A stretch of DNA of 64,000 nt from Squalus acanthias (lineage: Eukaryota). The notes under the pieces are model-generated. The model did no database searches and was not told the origin of the DNA. It saw only the letters and a list, made by a program, of their open reading frames with translations. Where the stretch lies: positions 96,226,001-96,290,000 of the forward strand of contig CM059431.1 of assembly GCA_030390025.1 (NCBI GenBank). The letters run 5' to 3'. The position numbers and the translations under genes are program-made. Below, piece after piece: positions 49,557 to 62,365 of this stretch (positions are counted from its first letter, which is position 1; the number at the start of each line of letters is the position of its first letter).

Positions 49557-51228
49557 TGGAATCATAGAATTTCACAACACAGAATGAAGCCATTCTGCCC
49601 ATTGTGTCTGTAACAGTCGAAAAAGAGCTTTGCAGCCTAATCCCACTTTCCAGCTCTTGGTCCGTAGCCCTGTAGGTTACGGCACCTCAAGTGCATATCC
49701 AAGTACTTCTTAAATGTGATGAGAGTTTCTGCCTCTACCACCCTTTCAGGCAGTGAGTTCCAGACCCCCACCACCCTCTGGGTGAAAAAAGTTCTCCTCA
49801 ACTCCCCTCTAATCCTTCTAACAATTACTTTAAATCTATGCTCCCTGGTTATTGACCTCTCTGCTAAGGGAAAAAGAGTGGATAGGAAGGACCTATCTCA
49901 GCCCCTCATAATTTTATACACCTCAATTAAGTCACCCCCTCAGCCTCCTCTGTTCCAAACAAAACAACCCCAGCCTATCCAGCTTTTCCTCATAGCTAAA
50001 ACAGAGTGACTGCTGCCAACGAACTGGAAGCTGTGCCAATGACCAAAAGCTGCGCAGAAGCATTCTGTGCATAAATCTGTGGTGGTTTAAATAGTAACGT
50101 ATAATAATATCGTAATATCACAAATCTGTGGAGCTCTGGGTTGTTTTAATAATAATGTATAATATCATCGCTGGTTGGTTTCAGTCTTAATGTATAATAA
50201 TTTCACGGGGGAGGGTTGCAGAGAATTATTTGTTTGGAGCGTGATCTCCGTGTGAAGGGAAAGGAGAAGAAAATTATTATTTTTTTTTAAATCGACATTT
50301 GCTGAGTTTTGCTGGCCCAGATTTTCTTATTCTGACACGGCTGTTTGGCAGAAATGCATTAAACTCATCATTAATCTTCACACTTACCAGCAAACATTCA
50401 CTGTTCACTTCACACTTGGGATCCTTTAACATGGATTCAATTTTTTTCAAACCGAGCCTCCAAACTTTCTCCAGATGACATGGTGTCCACGTTATTTTAT
50501 AAAGTTTCATCCCAATTAAAAAGTAAACAGAACCTATACAAAATAAGCACTTCCAATATGACTGTGACAGCCTCTTCACGTAGCAACGAACAGATGTTTT
50601 TAACAGTTGCTGCAAACGTAGTTTCACCCAACAGTTTTTTTCCCCCACTCAACCACCCAAAAAAAAACTTAAACTGCGCACGCGCAACCAATTCAGTTCG
50701 TTGGCAGCAGTCGCATCCAAGCTAAAATTCTCCAGTCCTGGCAACCTCCTCATAAATCTCCTCTGTACCCTCTCTAGTACAATCACATCTTTCCTGTAAT
50801 GTGGTGACCTGTCCTGCTACCTTCAGGGATCTGTGGACATGTACTCCAAGATCCCTCTGTTCCTCTACGCTTCTCAGTATCCTACCATTTATCTTGTATT
50901 CCCTTGCCTTGTTAGCCCTCCCCAAATGCATTACCTCACACTTCTTCGGATTGAGTTCCATTTGCCACTTTTCTGCCCACCATTGATGTCTTCCTGCATC
51001 TTCCTCACTATCACAGCCAATTTTTGTATCATCTGCAAACTTCTTAATCATTCCCCCTACATTGAAGTCTAAATCATTGATGTATATCACAAAAAGCAAG
51101 GGACCTAGTGCCAAACCTTGCAGAACCCCCCTTTTGCTTCCTGCCACTGAGCCAATTGTGGATCCAACTTGCCACTTTCCCTCAGATCCCATGGGCTTTT
51201 ACTTTTCTGACCAGTCTGCCATGTGGGA
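49557..51228 (-). mobile_element. CR1 3' part (same subfamily as 1-2623), split by a DNA transposon
   Basis: [22 protein letters not shown]; tail at 49557-49570. Confidence 0.85.
50002..50719. mobile_element. Non-autonomous DNA transposon with 8-bp TSD (hAT-type by TSD length)
   Basis: TSD AGCTAAAA at 49994-50001 and 50720-50727; inverted GACTGCTGCCAACGAACTG near both ends. Confidence 0.85.
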
Positions 51229-52897
51229 ACTTGTTTATTTTTTAATAATACGGTATATATTGTGTCTAATGTCTTTTTCCTTTGTCGTTTCAGTTTTGCC
51301 ATTGAGACAAGATGAAGTAATGTATATCTGGTGGGGGAGGGGGAAGAGCTACAAGATTAAGCCACTGGGCCTAGGTGCCTTGTTTTAAAAACTGGAAAAT
51401 CAAATATCCGATTTCGCAAGACAGGAATAGAATGTTTTGTGCAAAGATAATGTGCTGTCTTTTATTAGGTCATAATGAGACAGACAGAGAAAGGGAGAAG
51501 GAAAGAGGGAGACAAGGAAACAAAGGAAAACATACAGGAACAGAGAAATGAGAGGACAGAGGATACTGTGATATCCTTATAACCTTTATGGAGTACATCC
51601 AACAAGAGTAAAGTAGTCACAATTCAGTTGTTAAGTAATTCCCAAAGATCAGTTGAACAGAACATTACATCCTAAGATATGAAGCATTCTTTCCATTCAA
51701 CAAAGTTTCTTTATATCATGGCAAAACCACTATTTCAGCTTGTTCTTTTTCTCTCTTATTAAATTATACAGGTAGAACTGAAGTGGCCATAGGTGAAGAT
51801 GGCAACAGAAGTACCTTTAATAATAGTCTTAATTCAGATTCAGGAGTCCAACAGCTCTGAGCTGGCTCCTGCTGTTAAGCCCATTAAATCTATTTTCTGT
51901 GGACTCACGGCAGACCTGCATGAAATGAGTCAACCACCGGGTTAAAGAAAACAGATTTAGCAGTGTAAATGTCAGCTGCCAACTCACAAACCTAGGCGCC
52001 CCAGGTAAGAGCAATCTAAAAGTGAATTCTTTTGCATGGAATTACTTTGGTGATACTGAAGGGAGAACATCACAGCAGCTAGATAATATGAGCCGTGGAA
52101 GTTTGCTATTGTCGTGCATGTGACCACTGTAATTCTCAGATCCTCAGCAAATCTTTGAAATGATAATTAGAGACTTTGAGAGATTTGGGAGCTCAAGTTC
52201 ATCACAGTCACTATGAAAATAAATTGCCTTGAGCAAAATTTCTGAGCAGTGCTTTGGGAGAGTGGGATACTGGGAGCTTTCATAACCAGTTTCATCACTC
52301 ATAATATAATACAAACTGATTGCATTAGTCCCTAGTAATCAACTGCAATGATGTGACAGTGAGACTGCATTTTTTAAAATTCATTCCTGAGACGTAGGCG
52401 TCGCTGGCAAGGCCAGCATTTATTGCCCATCCCTAATTGCCCTCGAGAAGGTGGTGATGAGCTGCCTTCTTGAACCGCTGCAGTCCATGTGGTGATGGTA
52501 CTCCCACAGAGCTGTTAGGGAGGGAGTTCCAAGATTTTGACCCAGCGACGATGAAGGAATGGCGATATACTTCCAAGTCAGGGTGGTGTGTGACTTGGAG
52601 GGGAACTTGGAGGTGATGGTGTTCCCATGCACCTGCTGCCCTTGTCCTTCTAGGTGGTAGAGGCTGCAGTTTGGGAGGTGCTGCCGAAGAAGCCTTGGCG
52701 AGTTGCTGCAGTGCATCTTGTAGATGGTACACACTGCAGCCACGGTACGCCGGTGGTGGAGGGAGTGAACGTTTAAGGTGGTGAATGGGGTGCCAATCAA
52801 GCGGGCTGCTTTGTCCTGGATGGTGTCGAGCTTCTTGAGTGTTGTTGGAGCTGCACTCATCCAAGCAAGTGGAGAGTATTCCATCATACTGAGCAGC

Positions 52898-53265
52898 GGC
52901 AGCGGCGAGAGGATCCAGAGCGGCCCGAGAACGGAACTGAATTAAAGAGGCAGCAGCGAGAGGATCCAGAGCGGCCCGAGAGCGGAACTGAATTAAAGCG
53001 GCAGCAGCGAGAGGATCAAGAGCGGCCCGAGAGCGGAACTGAATTAAAGAGGCAGCAGCGAGAGGATCCAGAGCGGCCCGAGAGCGGAACTGAATTAAAG
53101 AGGCAGCAGCGAGAGGATCAAGAGCGGCCCGAGAGCAGAACTGAATTAAAGAGGCAGCAGCGAGAGGATCAAGAGCGGCCCGAGAGCGGAACTGAATTAA
53201 AGAGGCAGCAGCGAGAGGATCCAGAGCGGCCCGAGAGCGGAACTGAATTAAAGCGGCAGCAGCGG
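52898..53265 (+). repeat. 51-bp tandem repeat, ~7 copies, at the CR1 5' end
   Basis: Unit GGCAGCAGCGAGAGGATCCAGAGCGGCCCGAGAGCGGAACTGAATTAAAGA with no spacers. Confidence 0.95.
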
Positions 53266-56200
53266 CTCCAATTCAAAAACAACCAAAAAAATCAGAGTGA
53301 CGTCAGAGGAGAGCAGGTAGGTGATTGGTTGGTGATTATTACAGCTTTTCTTTGCTCTCGAAGGTAGGGAAGGTAGTTAAATTAAGAGCTGAGAAACTGT
53401 AACTTGTTAGTACTTAATAAATTAATAACTTAAACTAGATAAAATAATCAAACAATAAAACTAAAATATCGATTGAATAAAAGCTTTAACTAATGAATTA
53501 ATAAATAAAACAAGGTTAGAGATGGCAGGGCAGGTGGTGTGTCGTAACTGCAGCATGTGGGAGTCTGTGGAGAGCATCGCGATCCCGAGCAACCAAATCT
53601 GCAGTAAGTGTCTGCAGCTCGAGGAACTTCGGCTCAGAATTGTTGAGCTGCAGTACGACCTGCAGACATTGCGATGCATCAGGGAGGGGGAGAGTTACCT
53701 GGACACATTGTTCCAGGAGGCAGTCACACCCTTTAGGTTAAGTAGTACTTTAGAGTTCGTCAATGGTCAGGGACAGGAGGGTGTAACGGCGAGTCAGGAA
53801 GGTATGGGACCCAGGATGTAGTGATGGAGGAGCCTCAGCCCTTGACCTTGTCCAACAGGTACGAGGTACTTGCTACCTGTATGGATGAGGAAAAGGACTG
53901 CAGAGAGGATGGGCAAACTGACCACGGCACCGTGGTACAGGGGGCCATCTAAGTGGGGGGAGAAGGAAGGAATGTGGTAGTAGTAGGGGACAGTATAGTT
54001 AGGGGGATAGATACTGTTCTTTGCAGCCACGAAAGAGAGTCCCGAAGGCTGTAGTGCCTGCCCAGTGCCAGGGTAAAGGATATCTCCTCGCGGCTGGAGA
54101 AGAACTTGGCATGGGAGGGGGAGGATCCAGTTCTCGTGGTCCATGTAGGAACCAACGACATAGGTAGAACTAAGAATGAGGTTCTGCTGAGGGAGTTTGA
54201 AGAGCTAGGGTCTAAGTTAATAAGCAGAACCTCAAGGTTAATAATCTTTGGATTACTACCTGAGCCACGCGCAAATTGGCATAGAGTCAATAAGATCAGA
54301 GAGTTAAATGCATGGCTCAAAGAGTGGTGTGGGAAGAAGGGGTTTCAATTCATGGGGCACTGGCACCAGTACTGGGGAAAGAGGGCACTGTTCCGTTGGG
54401 ACGGGCTCCACTTAAACCGGTCTGGGGCCAGCGTCCTGGTGAAGCGAATAACTAGGGCTATAGATAGGGCTTTAAACTAAAAAAGGTGGGGGCGGGGTCA
54501 GGTGAGGGGAAATTTAGAAATCTAAAGAGAAAGGTCAATGCAATACAGCAGTGTAGTGATTTGGGTAAAAATAAGCAGAGTGTGACAGGAAGGGACAGAG
54601 AGTTTAACGGCAGCAGTGCAACAGAGAATAAGGTCAAAGCAGGGAAAAATGGTGAAACATTTTAATTAAAGGCTCTTTATCTAAATGTACGAAGCATTCC
54701 TAACAAGTTAGATGAACTAGTGACACAAATAGAGATAAATGGGTTTGATCTAATAGCTATTACAGAGACGTGGTTGCAAGGTGGCCAAGGTTGGGAACTA
54801 AATGTTCCAGGATACTTGACGTTTCAAAAAGAAAGGTAGAATGGAAAAGGAGGGGGAGTAGATGGATTAATAAAGGATGACATAAGAACAGTAGAGAGAA
54901 AGGATCTCAGCTCGGAAGATAAGGAAGTAGAATCAGTATGGATGGAGATAAGGAATAACAAGGGGCAGGAAACACTGGTGGGAGTAGTATATAGGCTCCA
55001 CAACAGTAGCTATACCATTGGACAGAATATTAATCAAGAAATAGTAGGAGCTTGCAACAAAGGTAATGCAATAATCATGGGGGACTTTAATCTTCATATA
55101 GACTGGACAAATCAAATTGGCAAAGGTAGTCTGGAGGACGAGTTCATGGAATGCATTCGGGACAGTTTCCTAGAACAATACATCATGGAACCAACCAGGG
55201 AACAGGCTATTTTAGATCTTTTATTGTGTAATGAGACATGGGTTAATTAGTAATCTCATAGTAAAGGATCCTCTGTGGCAGAGTGATTATAATATGATAG
55301 AATTTCACATTAAGTTTGAAAGTGACTTGCCTAAGTCCGAACCTAGAAACTTAAACTTAAATAAAGCCAATTACATAGGTATGAGGGGCGAGTTGGCTAA
55401 GGTAGATTGGAAAAATAGATAACAAAGTATGGCGGTAGATAAGCAGTGGCTAGCATTTAAAGAAATATTTCATAGTTCTCAACAAAAATACATTCAATTG
55501 AGAAACAAAAACTCCATGGGAAAAGTCATCCAACCGTGGCTAACTAAAGAAGTTAAGGATAGCATTAGATTAAAAGAAGAAGCTTATACTGTTGTGAAGA
55601 ATAGTAGTAAGCCTCAGGATTGGGAGAGTTTCAGAAACCAGCAAAGGATAACCAAAAAATTGATAAAAAGGGAAAAAATAGAATGAGAGAAAACTAGCAA
55701 GAAATATAAAAGCAGATTGTAAGAGCTTCTACAAGTATGTAAAAAGGAAGAGAGTAGAAAAAGTAAACATTGGTCCCTTAGAGGCTGAGACAGGAGAAAT
55801 TATTATGGGGAATAAGGAAATGGCAGAAACGTTCAAATATTTTGTATCTGTCTTCACAGTAGAAGACCCAAAAAGCATACCAAAAATGGTGGGGAACCAA
55901 GGGTCTAATGAGGGTGAGGAACTTAACGTAATTAATAGAAGTAGAGAAAAGTTACTAGAGAAACTAATGGGACTAAAAGCCGACAAATCCCCTGGATCTG
56001 ACGGCCTACATCCTAGGGCTCTAAAAGAGGTGGCTGAAGAGATAGTGGATGCATTGGTTTTGATTTTCCAAGTGGGTAGGAAGGTTGCAAATGTAACACT
56101 GCTATTCAAGAAAGGAGGGAGAGAAAAAACAGGGAACTACAGGCCAGTTAGCCTGACGTCAGTCGTCGGGAAAATGCTGGAATCCATTGTTAAGGAAGCC

Positions 56201-56660
56201 GTATCAAGGCACTTCGAAAATCATAACATGATTAGGCACAGTCAACATGGTTTTATGAAAGGGAAATCATGTTTGACAAATTTATTAGATTTTTTTGAGG
56301 ATGTAACTAGCACGATAGATAAACGGGAACCAGTGGATGTAGTATATTTGGATTTCCAAAAGGCATTCGATATGGTGCCACATAAAAGGTTATTACATAA
56401 GATTAGGGCTCATGGGTTTGGGGGTAATATAGTAGCATGGATAGAGGATTGGTTAAAGGGCAGAAAAAGAGAGTAGGGATAAATGGATCTTTTTCAGGTT
56501 GGCAGGCTGTAACTAGCGGGGTGCCACAAGGATCAGTGTTGGGTCCTCAGCTATTTACAATCTGTATTAATGACCTAGATGAAGGGACCGAGTGTAACGT
56601 ATCCAAGTTTGCTGACAATACAAAGTTAGGTGGGACAATAAGCTGTGAGGAGAACACAGA

Positions 56661-57480
56661 GGAGGGAATTTTCCCAGCCCTGGGGAGGCGGGTCTGCTGG
56701 GAAAATGGCAGAAACTGGGAGCGGGTACCGACCCCGCTCCCAACCCACCTCCGTGCCATCTGCCCGGGAGGCGGGTCCCCGACTCGCACAGGGACCCGTC
56801 TCCTTGAGGCAGGAAGGGGATTAGAGCCAATGAATTGCCTGTTAACAGGTAGTTAACAGGCAGTTTTGAGGCTTATCCCCATTTTACCCCGCAAGTGCAA
56901 GCTTCCTGACGGCTGCGAACCTCGCCAGGGTCAACGAGGCGAGCAGTGGGTCTGCGGGGGTGAGAGGGGTCGAAAAGTCCGCTGTGGAGGTGAGTGATGG
57001 GTGCAAGTGTGGAGAGGTGAGTGTAAAGTGTTAGAAAAAGTTTCCTTACCTTTGCTTCTTCCTACAGGCTTCAACCCTTGGGGATCCGGAGGTGCCTCAT
57101 CTCAATGGCAGAGATGACAGAATGGCTGCTGCATTCTCAGATGCAGCAGCCATCTGCTTTCTGCTGAGGAGAGAGGTTTTGGTGAGTCTTCAGTGCAAGG
57201 GCTCACCTTAGAACAGAGATTGTCAGTGTTTGACAGCTTCTCAAAGCTGTCAAACGCTGACAATTCATCTGTCAAAAATGTTTCGACAGATGAAATGTCA
57301 TATGCTGACGCCCTCTGTCACCGGCTTTCCCTTAATTGGCCGGCTAAGCCCGCAGGGCAGGCTTAACAAGGTCAATCAAGGGAAAATAGCGTGGGTTGCT
57401 CAGACGTCATTGGGGGCTGGACTGAAACCCGAAAACCAGCAGTCCCGCCCCCAATGCGCCCCATTGACAAAATCCAGCCC
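56661..57480. mobile_element. Harbinger-type MITE inside the CR1 RT
   Basis: Termini GGAGGGAATTTT / AAAATCCAGCCC, 3-bp AGA on both sides; the CR1 reading (CEENT|SLQRD) resumes after it. Confidence 0.8.
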
Positions 57481-60324
57481 AGAGTCTGCAAAGGGATCTA
57501 GATAGACTAAGGTGAGTGGGCAGTAAGGTGGCAGATGGAGCATAATGTAGGGAAATGTGAGGTTATTCACTTTGGTAGGAAGAATAGAAAAACAGAATAT
57601 TTTTAAATGGTGAGAAACTTTCAAATGTTGGTGTTGAGAGACATTTGGGTGTCCTCGTGCAAGAAACACAGAAAGCTAGCATGTAGGTTCAGCAAGCAAT
57701 AAGGAAGGCAAATGGCATGTTGGCCTTTATTGCAAGGGGGTTGGAGTATAAGAGTAAGGAAGTCTTGCTACAATTGTACAGGGCCTTGGTGAGACCACAC
57801 CTGGAGTACTGTGCACAGTTTTGTTCTCCTTATCGAAGGAAGGATTTACTTGCCTTGGAGGCGGTGCAACGAAGGTTCACTAGATTGATTCCTGGGATGA
57901 GAGGGTTGTCCTATGATGAGAGATTGTGTAGCATGGGCCTATACTATCTGGTGTTTAGAAGAATGAGAGGTGATCTCATTGAAACATACAAGATTCTGAA
58001 GGGGATTGACAGGGTAGATGATGAGAGCTTGTTTCCCCTGGCTGGAGTGTCTAGAACTAGGGGGCATAATCTCAGGATAAGGGATAGGCCATTTAAGACC
58101 GAGATGAGGACAAATATCGTCACTCAGAGGGTTGTGAATCTTTGGAATTCTCTGCTCCAGAGGGCTGTGAATGCTGAGTCTTTGAGTATATTCAGGCTGA
58201 GTTAGATAGATTTTTAGACTCATGGGGAATCAAGGGATATGGAGATCGGGCGGGAAAGTTGAGTTGAGGTCGATGATCAGCCATAATCTTCTTGAATGGC
58301 AGAGCAGGCTCGAGAGGCTGTATGGCCTACTCCTGCTCCTGGTTCTTATGTTCTTACTCCTGACATGTGCTTTGTAGATGGTGGAAAGGCTTTGGAGAGT
58401 CAGGAAGTGAGATACCAACCGCAGAATATCCAGCCTCTGACCTGCTCTTGTGGCCACAGTATTTATGTGGCTGGTCCAGTTAAGTTTCTGGTCAATGGTG
58501 ACCCCCAGGATGTTGATGGTGGGGGTTCGGTGATGGCAATGCTGTTGAATGTCAAGATACGGTGGTTAGACTCTCTCTTGTTGGAGACAGTGATTGCCTG
58601 GCACTGGTGTGGCGCGAATGTAACTTGCTGAATCTCATCCAGGTCTTGCTGCATGCGGGCATGGACTGCTTCATTATCAAGGAGTTGTGAATGGAACTGA
58701 ACACTGTGCAATCATCAGCGAACATCCCCATGTCTGATCCTATGATGGAGGGAAGTTCATTGATGAAGCAGCTGAAGATGGTTGGGCCTCGGACACTGCC
58801 CTGAGGAACTCCTGCAGCGATGTCCTGGGGTGGTAACAATTGGCCTCAACAACCACAACCATCTTACTTTGTGCTAGGTAGGACTCCAGCCAGTGGAGAG
58901 CTTTCCCCCGGATTCCCATTGACTTCAACTTTACGAGGGCTCCTTGATGCCACACTTAGTCAAATGCTGCCTTGATGTCAAGGGCAGTCACTCTCACCTC
59001 ACCTCTGGAATTCAGCTCTTTTGTCCATGCTTGGACTAAGGCTGTGATGAGGTCTGGAGCCGAGTGGTCCTGGTGGAACCCAAACTAAGCATCGGTGAGC
59101 AGGTTATTGGTGAGTAAGTGCCGCTTGATAGCGCTGTCGACAACACCTTCCATTACTTTGCTGATGATTGAGAGTAGATTGATGAGATGGTAAGTGGCCC
59201 AATTGGATTTGTCCTGCTTTTTGACAAGACTTACCTGGGCAGTTTTCTACATTGTCGGGTAGATGCCAGTGTTGTAGCTGTACTGGAACAGCTTGGCTAG
59301 AGGCGCGACTAGTTCTGAAGCACAAGTCTTCAGCACAACAGCCGGGATGTTGTCGGGGCCCACAGCCTTTACTTTATCCAGTGCGCTCAGCCGTTTCTTG
59401 ATTCGAATTGGCTGAAGACTGGCTTCTGTGATGGTGGAGACCTCAGGAGGAGGCCGAGATGGATCATCCACTCAGCACATCTGGCTGAAGATGGTTGCAA
59501 ACGCTTCAGCCTTGTCTTTTGCACTTGCGTGCTGGGCTCCTCCATCATTGAGGATGGTATGTTCATGGAGCCTCCTCCTCCTGTTAGGTGTTTAATTGTC
59601 CACCATTCACGACCTGATGTGGCATGACTGCAGAGCTTTGATCTGATCCATTGATTGTGGGATCGCTTAGCTTTGTCTATACCATGCTGCTATTGCTGGT
59701 TGGCACCTCATTTTTAGGTACACCTGGTGCTGCTCCTGGCATGCTCTTCTACACTCCTCATTGAACCAGGGTTGGTCCACTGGCTTGATGGCAATGGTTG
59801 AGTGAGGGATATTCTGGACCATGAGGTTACAGATTGTGGTGGCATACAATTCTGCTGCTGCCCCACAGCGCCTCATGGATGCCCAGTTTTGAGCTGCTAG
59901 ATCTGTTCTGAATCTCTCCCATTTAGCACGGTGTTAGTGCCACACAACACAATGAAAGGTTTCCTCAGTGTGAAGACAGAACTTCGCCTCCACAAGGACT
60001 GTGCAGTGGTCACTCCTACCAATACTGTCATTGACAGATACATCTGTGACAGGTAGATTGGCGAGGACGAGGTCAAGTTGGTTATATCCCCTCGTGTTGG
60101 TTCTCTCACCACCTGCCGTAGGCCCAGTCTGGCAGCCATGTCCTTCAGGATGTGGCCAGCTCGGTCAGTAGAGGCGCTACCGAGCCATTCTTGGTGATGG
60201 ACATTGAAGTCCCCCAACCAGAGAACCTTCTGTGCCCTTGCTACCCTCAGTGCTTCTTCCAAGTGGTGTTCAACATAGAGGAGTACGGATTCATCAGCTG
60301 AGGGAGGGCGGTAGGTGGTAACAT

Positions 60325-60730
60325 AAAGGGAACAGTAGCATAATCTTTATGTTACTGGACAAGTAATCCAGAGGCCTGGACTAATGATCCGGAGACAGAA
60401 GTTCAAATCCCACCATGGCAGCTGAGGAATTTAAATTCAGTTAATAAATAAATCTGGAATAAAAAGCTAGTATCAGTAATGTTGACCATGAAACTACCGT
60501 ATTGTCTTAAAAACTCATCTGGTTCACTACTGTACTTTAGAAAAAGGATATCTGCTGTCCTTACCTGGTCTGGCCTCTATGTGACTCCAGACCCACAGCA
60601 ATGTGGTTGACTCTTAACTGCCCTCTGAAATGGCCAAGCAAGCCACTCAGTTAACGGCAATTAGGGATGGGCAATAAATGCTGGCCTTGCCAGCGATGTC
60701 TACATCCCGTGAATGAATAAAGAAAAAAAC
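60325..60730 (+). mobile_element. tRNA-head SINE made of the 5' UTR plus 3' tail of the LINE it sits in
   Basis: 60335-60650 matches the reverse complement of 61125-61435; 60656-60720 matches the LINE tail (cf. 41508-41570); B box GTTCAAATCC. Confidence 0.88.
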
Positions 60731-62105
60731 AATCAGCAGCTTTCCTTGTCCATGCTTGACCCGACACCATGAGACTTCATAGGGTCTGGAGTCAATTTTG
60801 AGTTCTCCCAGGGCCACTCCCTCCCGACTGTATACCACTGTGCCACCTCCTCTGGTGCGTCTGTCCAGGGATGGTGATGGAGGAGTCTGGGACATTGGCT
60901 GAAAGGTATGATTCTGTGAGTATGACTATGTCAGGATGTTGCTTGGCGAGTCTGTGGGGCAGCTCTCCCAATTTTGGCACAAGTCCCCAGATGTTAGTGA
61001 GGAGGAATTTGCAGGGTCAACTGGGTGTGCCTTTGTCGTGTCCGAAGCCAGTGCAGAGGTTGACGCCGGGTGGTCTGTCTGGTTTTATTATTACTGTTTT
61101 CTGTAGCAGTTTGGTACAATGGAGTGACTTGCTAGGCCATTTCAGAGGGCAGTTAAGAGTCAACCACAATGCTGTGGGTCTGGAGTCACATATAGGCCAG
61201 ACCAGGTAAGGACGGCAGAGTTCCTTCCCTAAAGGACATTAGTGAACCAGATGGGTTTTTTACGATAATCCGGTAGTTTCATGATCACCATTACTGATAC
61301 TAGCTTTTTATTCCAGATTTATTTATTTAACTGAATTTAAATTCCCCAGCTGCTGTAGTGGGATTTGAACTCTTGTCTCTGGATCATTAGTCCAAGCCTC
61401 TGGATTATTAATCCAGCAACATAAACACTGTGCTACCCTACCCACTTTGACAACCGCGTCGAAGGCTGCAGACAGGTTGAGAAAGACGAGGAGGGAGAGT
61501 TTACCTTTGTCACAGCACATAGGATTTCATTTGTGACTTTGATAAGAGCTATTTCCCTAACCACTATGCTACCATACCCTTATATGTAAGACTGCGTATA
61601 GAAAGATCAGAATGAAAGAGTAACAATGGACAAACAGCAGGAGCAGGCACAGGGGAGGGAGTATTTGTGAGGTCTTGGGCTGTTGGGGTTATGACAACTC
61701 ACAACATCTACTGTGGAGAAGCACTTGACAAATTTGCTGTGAATACATCACAATCATTACTTTCGCACTATGGATAGTCATTTATCAACTACATGAAGCG
61801 TACTGGTTACAAAGGACAGTTGTCAGCAGAAAAAAGTAAAGGAGTGAAAGTGGAATTAACTGGCTCCATGAAAGCTCCTTGATGACTTGGGCTGTTTCTA
61901 AGTAAACTAAAGTGTTTAACAAGATACTTTCCTTATGACCAAGGCAATGAAGTGCTGTCGATTTGTCTGGACGAGCGCTTTCATGACAACTATATATTAC
62001 TTCCAGTTCAATCAGTTCATTAAATGAATCACTTCATTTTGGTGCTGAATGGTCCGGTTTTCATTGTTGAGCAGATTTGGCAACAACAACTGGTTCACCG
62101 ATTCG

Positions 62106-62365
62106 TTTTTTTTTTTAAAGGGATGTGGGTGTCGCTGGCAAGGCCAGCATTTATTGCCCATCCCTAATTGCCCTTGAGAAGGTGGTGGTGAGCCGCCTTC
62201 TCAAACCGTGTGGTGAAGGTACTCCCACAGTGCTGTTAGGGAGGGAGTCCAGGATTGTGACCCAGCGACGATGAAGGATCGACAATATACTTCTAAGTCA
62301 GGATGGTGTGTGACTTGGAGGGGAACTTGGATGTGGTGGTGTTCCCATGCACCTGCTGCCCTTGT
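62106..62365 (-). mobile_element. 3' tail fragment of the tRNA-headed LINE family
   Basis: Family tail and T-run at 62106. Confidence 0.85.

Larger units (their letters stand above)
52891..58354 (+). mobile_element. Full-length decayed CR1 (ORF1 53522-54480, ORF2 ~54660-58290)
   Basis: [46 protein letters not shown]; tail TTCTTATGTTCTTA; TACT at both junctions. Confidence 0.92.
52371..61580 (-). mobile_element. tRNA-headed single-ORF LINE, copy 2 (full span), with nested CR1 and SINE
   Basis: Tail and ORF end at 52371-52890, body at 58359-61100, head at 61100-61441; possible degenerate TSD GTRAGACTGCRT (52359-52370, 61586-61597). Confidence 0.85.

Noticed and set aside
52898..53265. CRISPR-like array
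   Set aside because: Units are contiguous with no unique spacers and there are no cas genes; it is a CR1 5' tandem repeat. The same applies to 18225-18400.
62271..62365. N-terminus of the 465-aa ORF as a real start
   Set aside because: The first ~31 codons are antisense LINE tail fused by chance to a 5'-truncated Penelope ORF.
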